DNA of 49,371 bases from a virus (Duplodnaviria > Heunggongvirae > Uroviricota > Caudoviricetes): positions 1-49,371 of IMG/VR virus record IMGVR_UViG_3300039008_000325; one strand, 5' to 3'. The translations under genes were made by a program, and so were the position numbers. The notes beneath the pieces are model-generated. The model had not been told where the DNA came from. It did no database searches and worked only from the letters and a program-made list of their open reading frames with translations. Positions 46,357 through 49,371 of the stretch are shown piece by piece. Position 1 is the first letter of the stretch. Every line of letters begins with the position of its first letter.

Positions 46357-46600
46357 TGTTTTTCCCTTCGTTTAACGTTACTTCTTCTCTTGAGTAATAT
46401 AGTATGTTATCAATATGTACTAACTTAACTTCTGCGTTAGATACAATGTTATTACTATTAAAGAATACTATATCACCTTTCTTGTATGCATCTGCATCGT
46501 TTAAAGCTACTCCAGATTTTATTGCTGCACCTAGATTTAATTTATTTACAGATGTATTTTCTAATATATTTACTATTACATATTTTTCTGATCTTAACAT
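46349..46600 (-). CDS. groES: divergent GroES-like co-chaperonin
   Basis: 83 aa overlapping groEL start; KKGDIVFF...LVHIDNIL resembles the Cpn10 beta-barrel; short mobile loop. Confidence 0.6.
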   Translation of the reverse strand: MLRSEKYVIVNILENTSVNKLNLGAAIKSGVALNDADAYKKGDIVFFNSNNIVSNAEVKLVHIDNILYYSREEVTLNEGKNNG

Positions 46601-46612
46601 TTTGTTCTCCTT

Positions 46613-47308
46613 TTAAAAATATTTAAATAAAATAATGTTTTTATTTAAGGTATTTTTACCTACTTTTTCTTTTGTTGTTAAATTATCGAAAAAATCTAAT
46701 ATTGATTTCTTCCCATTTAATTTTAAATCTTGTAATTTATTTACATGATCTTTTATTAATTTTTTCTTAATACTATTACAACCCATAATCTTTGTACCTT
46801 TAAAACTAAGATTACCTTCATATATTGTAATATTATGATCTTTAGTGTTGAAACCTATTAACATTTTACATTTAAGACATTTTCTTAAATCTAATGGTTT
46901 TAAGTTTTCATAACTATAATTACGAACTTTGACTCTTTTAATAATTGTTTCTGGTCTATGATTTGTAATTCTGATTTTTTTAGATTTAGTAAAATTATTT
47001 TCAAATATATTTAGAGCTTTTAAAAGTTCTTCTATTCTTTCACTATAATGTTTAGCATTAATATGACCTAAACCTTCAATTAGTTGTTCTTCTAAATCGG
47101 TTCTATCTTTTTTATTCTTTGATTTAGCTTGAATATATTCTTTAGCTTCCTCTTCTACTCTTTTAAAATGTCTAATAATAAATTCTGCGTGATCTTTTGT
47201 TTCTACAACACTATTAAGTACTATATCAAAATCTTTTTTTGTTTTTGACATTAACATATTTTCTAAAATATCTATAACATCAAATTCAAAGTACGTTTTT
47301 TTAGCCAT
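46613..47308 (-). CDS. hypothetical basic protein
   Basis: 231-aa ORF with SD; no function assigned. Confidence 0.75.
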   Translation of the reverse strand: MAKKTYFEFDVIDILENMLMSKTKKDFDIVLNSVVETKDHAEFIIRHFKRVEEEAKEYIQAKSKNKKDRTDLEEQLIEGLGHINAKHYSERIEELLKALNIFENNFTKSKKIRITNHRPETIIKRVKVRNYSYENLKPLDLRKCLKCKMLIGFNTKDHNITIYEGNLSFKGTKIMGCNSIKKKLIKDHVNKLQDLKLNGKKSILDFFDNLTTKEKVGKNTLNKNIILFKYF

Positions 47309-48300
47309 TTTTCTATCTCCATTTTACCTTTAAGTCCAATAACTGGTTTCTTCATTATAAAAGTATTTATATTTTTATAAGTAGTTAAGTAATTATTAAT
47401 ATCTTTTGATTGTACATTTTCCCAAATAAACAATTTATAACCTTTATTGAGTGTAGTTTTCATATGATTAATGATATCTTTATTATTCTTTTCATTATCA
47501 AAAATAAAAACACAATTTTCTTTAAACTCTTCTAGAAAATCATAGTTAATAGTTGCACCGCACATTGCTATTGCATTAGGTAAACTTGCAGCATCAAAAA
47601 CACCTTCACAAACATAAAAAGTTTTATTGATATCTAACTGCTCTAATCCCCAAATCTTATAATCTATCTCTTTATTTATTTTAACAGTAATATATCTTAA
47701 ATTACCTTCTAAAAATCTAAACTGAAATGCATATAATTCTCCACTAAATGAAAAAAATGGAATAATTATTGCACTGTTATTATTATATTTCAATTTATCA
47801 TATTCTTTAATATTAATATCTTTTAAGAATTTACCTACATTAGAAACATATCTAAAATCTTTATATTTAGATTTATCAATAAGTCTACCTTTAATATAGT
47901 TTTCACCAGGTGTATTACTTATATCTAAAGAATATTGTTTGATATTTTCATAAGATAAATTCTTATTAATATTATTAATTGGTTCAGCTTGTATAGGTTT
48001 ATTAACGTTTATATTACTACGTTTATATAGAAATTTTTCATATAGATAATCTTTGAAATGTTCTGAAGCATTATCTTTTATAAATCTTGCTAAGTTAGTA
48101 GTTTTATCACAGTTAAAACATTTCATGATTGTCAAACTAGCATCACTTTTATGTTGCAATAACCAAGCTCTTTTCTTATCTTTATTTTTAGTAGAATCTC
48201 CACAATATGGGCACCTAAAATTAGCTTTATCACCATTCCATGTAAAATTTTCTAGTGAATGACTTATACGATTAATAAATGATTTATCAGTATTATTCAT
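47272..48300 (-). CDS. gp61: DNA primase (gp61-like)
   Basis: NFRCPYCGDS..N..K.R, CFNC, IIIPF, VCEGVFDA, FIFDNE, KDIN; probable start MNNTD at 48300. Confidence 0.92.
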   Translation of the reverse strand: MNNTDKSFINRISHSLENFTWNGDKANFRCPYCGDSTKNKDKKRAWLLQHKSDASLTIMKCFNCDKTTNLARFIKDNASEHFKDYLYEKFLYKRSNINVNKPIQAEPINNINKNLSYENIKQYSLDISNTPGENYIKGRLIDKSKYKDFRYVSNVGKFLKDINIKEYDKLKYNNNSAIIIPFFSFSGELYAFQFRFLEGNLRYITVKINKEIDYKIWGLEQLDINKTFYVCEGVFDAASLPNAIAMCGATINYDFLEEFKENCVFIFDNEKNNKDIINHMKTTLNKGYKLFIWENVQSKDINNYLTTYKNINTFIMKKPVIGLKGKMEIEKWLKKRTLNLML

Positions 48301-48304
48301 GATA

Positions 48305-48922
48305 TTACCTATATTTACAATTATCAAAATGCCATCTACTCATATTACCTTTATTAGTACTTTGAGTGTTGCAATGTGGACATTTTATGATTGGTTTATT
48401 TTCTTGCCATTTCTTAGCAGCAATACTCATTTTTAATTTTGTTTCTTTTGAATGTCTTTTACCTTTATGTGATATAGATTTTTTCAACTTTGTAAATTTA
48501 GATTCTATTTTACCTAAATTACCTTTTCTAATCTTATCCTTAGTTTCTAAACTATGATGTTTACCCTTCATATTAGGTTTTCTATTTTTAGCTGATACAC
48601 TCATTTTTTCTATAGTTGTTTTACTAAAGCTACATTCATTACCACCTAATCTATAATTTTGACAAAATTCATCATCAATATTTTTTAATATATAATATTC
48701 TTCAAACTTATTTAACTCTTCTAAATTATCACAATACTCTAATATTTCTCTTTTGAAAATATTATTGAATTCTTCTTTATATTTCTTTTTCGACTCTTGA
48801 ATATATAAACCTGAACCCATATAACCATCTTCTATATTATCAGTTCTATGTTGACCTATATAAAATCTATTAGATTTAGTATTTGTTACTTTATAAATGA
48901 TATAATATTTCTTATCTTTCAT
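48305..48922 (-). mobile_element. free-standing GIY-YIG (Seg-like) homing endonuclease gene
   Basis: YIIYKVTN...FYIGQH, GYMGSG, REIL..C; NUMOD3-like HSLETK/HSKETK; C-terminal CPHC...RWH..NC. Confidence 0.88.
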
Positions 48923-48925
48923 TTT

Positions 48926-49014
48926 CTCTTGCCTTAAAATGGAGAAAGCTCATAATTAACCGGCAAGAGAATTATGAGCTTTCATATTAAATAATTTAGC
49001 TTGCCGGCTATAAT
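48926..49014 (-). promoter_or_regulatory. structured leader (hairpin/pseudoknot switch) of the GIY-YIG gene
   Basis: 13-bp stem 48945-48957/48970-48982; its loop is complementary both to 49000-49009 and to 48926-48933 next to the start codon. Confidence 0.65.
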
Positions 49015-49022
49015 TATTTATA
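49015..49022 (-). promoter_or_regulatory. T4-type late promoter TATAAATA
   Basis: Exact match just after the uvsY stop. Confidence 0.75.
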
Positions 49023-49030
49023 AATATTCA

Positions 49031-49371
49031 TTATCCACCTGTCATTTGCCTATAAGTAATGATATTTTTAATATCAGATCCTCTAAACTTAAAAGTATTA
49101 ATTGCTGTTTCAACCATTTTTAATAAAGATTTCTCAGCTTCAAATTTATCTTTTATTTCAGCAAATTTTTCATTTACTTCTATTGCAACTTCTACATCTT
49201 TTTTATCTAATAATAAATTAAATTTTTCAGTATAACCTAAAGTTTTTAAATCTTTATCACTAATAACACCAGTATAATAATATTTTAATAGAAGTTTAAT
49301 TTTCTTTATTTGTCTTTCAAGATGAAGTAAATTACCTGATATAGTATAAAATTGATCTAATAATTCTGGTA
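49031..49371 (-). CDS. uvsY: UvsY-like recombination mediator (5' part outside window; not in track)
   Basis: ...KYYYTG...LLDKKD...AINTFKFRGSDIKNIITYRQMTGG* resembles the UvsY C-terminus. Confidence 0.7.
   Translation of the reverse strand, partial: PELLDQFYTISGNLLHLERQIKKIKLLLKYYYTGVISDKDLKTLGYTEKFNLLLDKKDVEVAIEVNEKFAEIKDKFEAEKSLLKMVETAINTFKFRGSDIKNIITYRQMTGG

Noticed and set aside
545-48557. All plus-strand ORFs in the track (e.g. 5093-5413, 16471-16668, 34795-35154, 39481-39843) and the minus-strand 683-871
   Set aside because: They overlap well-supported minus-strand genes, have low-complexity Phe/Leu/Ile/Tyr-rich shadow composition and lack SD sites
1-49371. Stop-codon reassignment (code 15 or 4)
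   Set aside because: Conserved genes are full length in code 11 and TAG ends several genes at sensible positions

Overview
This window is a very AT-rich (roughly a quarter G+C by eye) segment of a large T4-superfamily myophage genome. All credible genes are on the minus strand, in the standard genetic code, mostly with AGGAGAG-type Shine-Dalgarno sites. Reading from right to left: (1) a T4-like replication/recombination block (uvsY partial, GIY-YIG endonuclease, gp61 primase, GroES/GroEL-like pair, gp47, a gp5/gpV-like spike, phosphoesterase, resolvase, gp32, gp41, gp45, UvsX, gp44/62, gp46, HAD nucleotidase); (2) an RNA-rich locus at 27.65-30.75 kb, with three Y-RNA-like stem modules (one containing a circularly permuted tRNA-like domain) upstream of a 736-aa helical+TerD protein, followed by two promoter-to-terminator non-coding units, one carrying an anti-Shine-Dalgarno tract; (3) small early-type accessory genes with a radical SAM/SPASM enzyme and a SleB-like hydrolase; (4) a ~10-kb 7-deazaguanine cluster (queC, class II GATase, Nudix, dUTPase, TGT/DpdA-like, GNAT, P-loop kinase, HNH, queF, folE2, queD, PRTase, queE); (5) further accessory genes (RNase HI, BCS1-like ATPase, GapR-like, YopX). 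The two best candidates for an undescribed system are a DpdA-like/GNAT/kinase module that may make an acetylated preQ1 base in phage DNA, and the Y-RNA-like array with its TerD-domain partner. All calls come from motif recognition by eye; no searches or folding programs were run.
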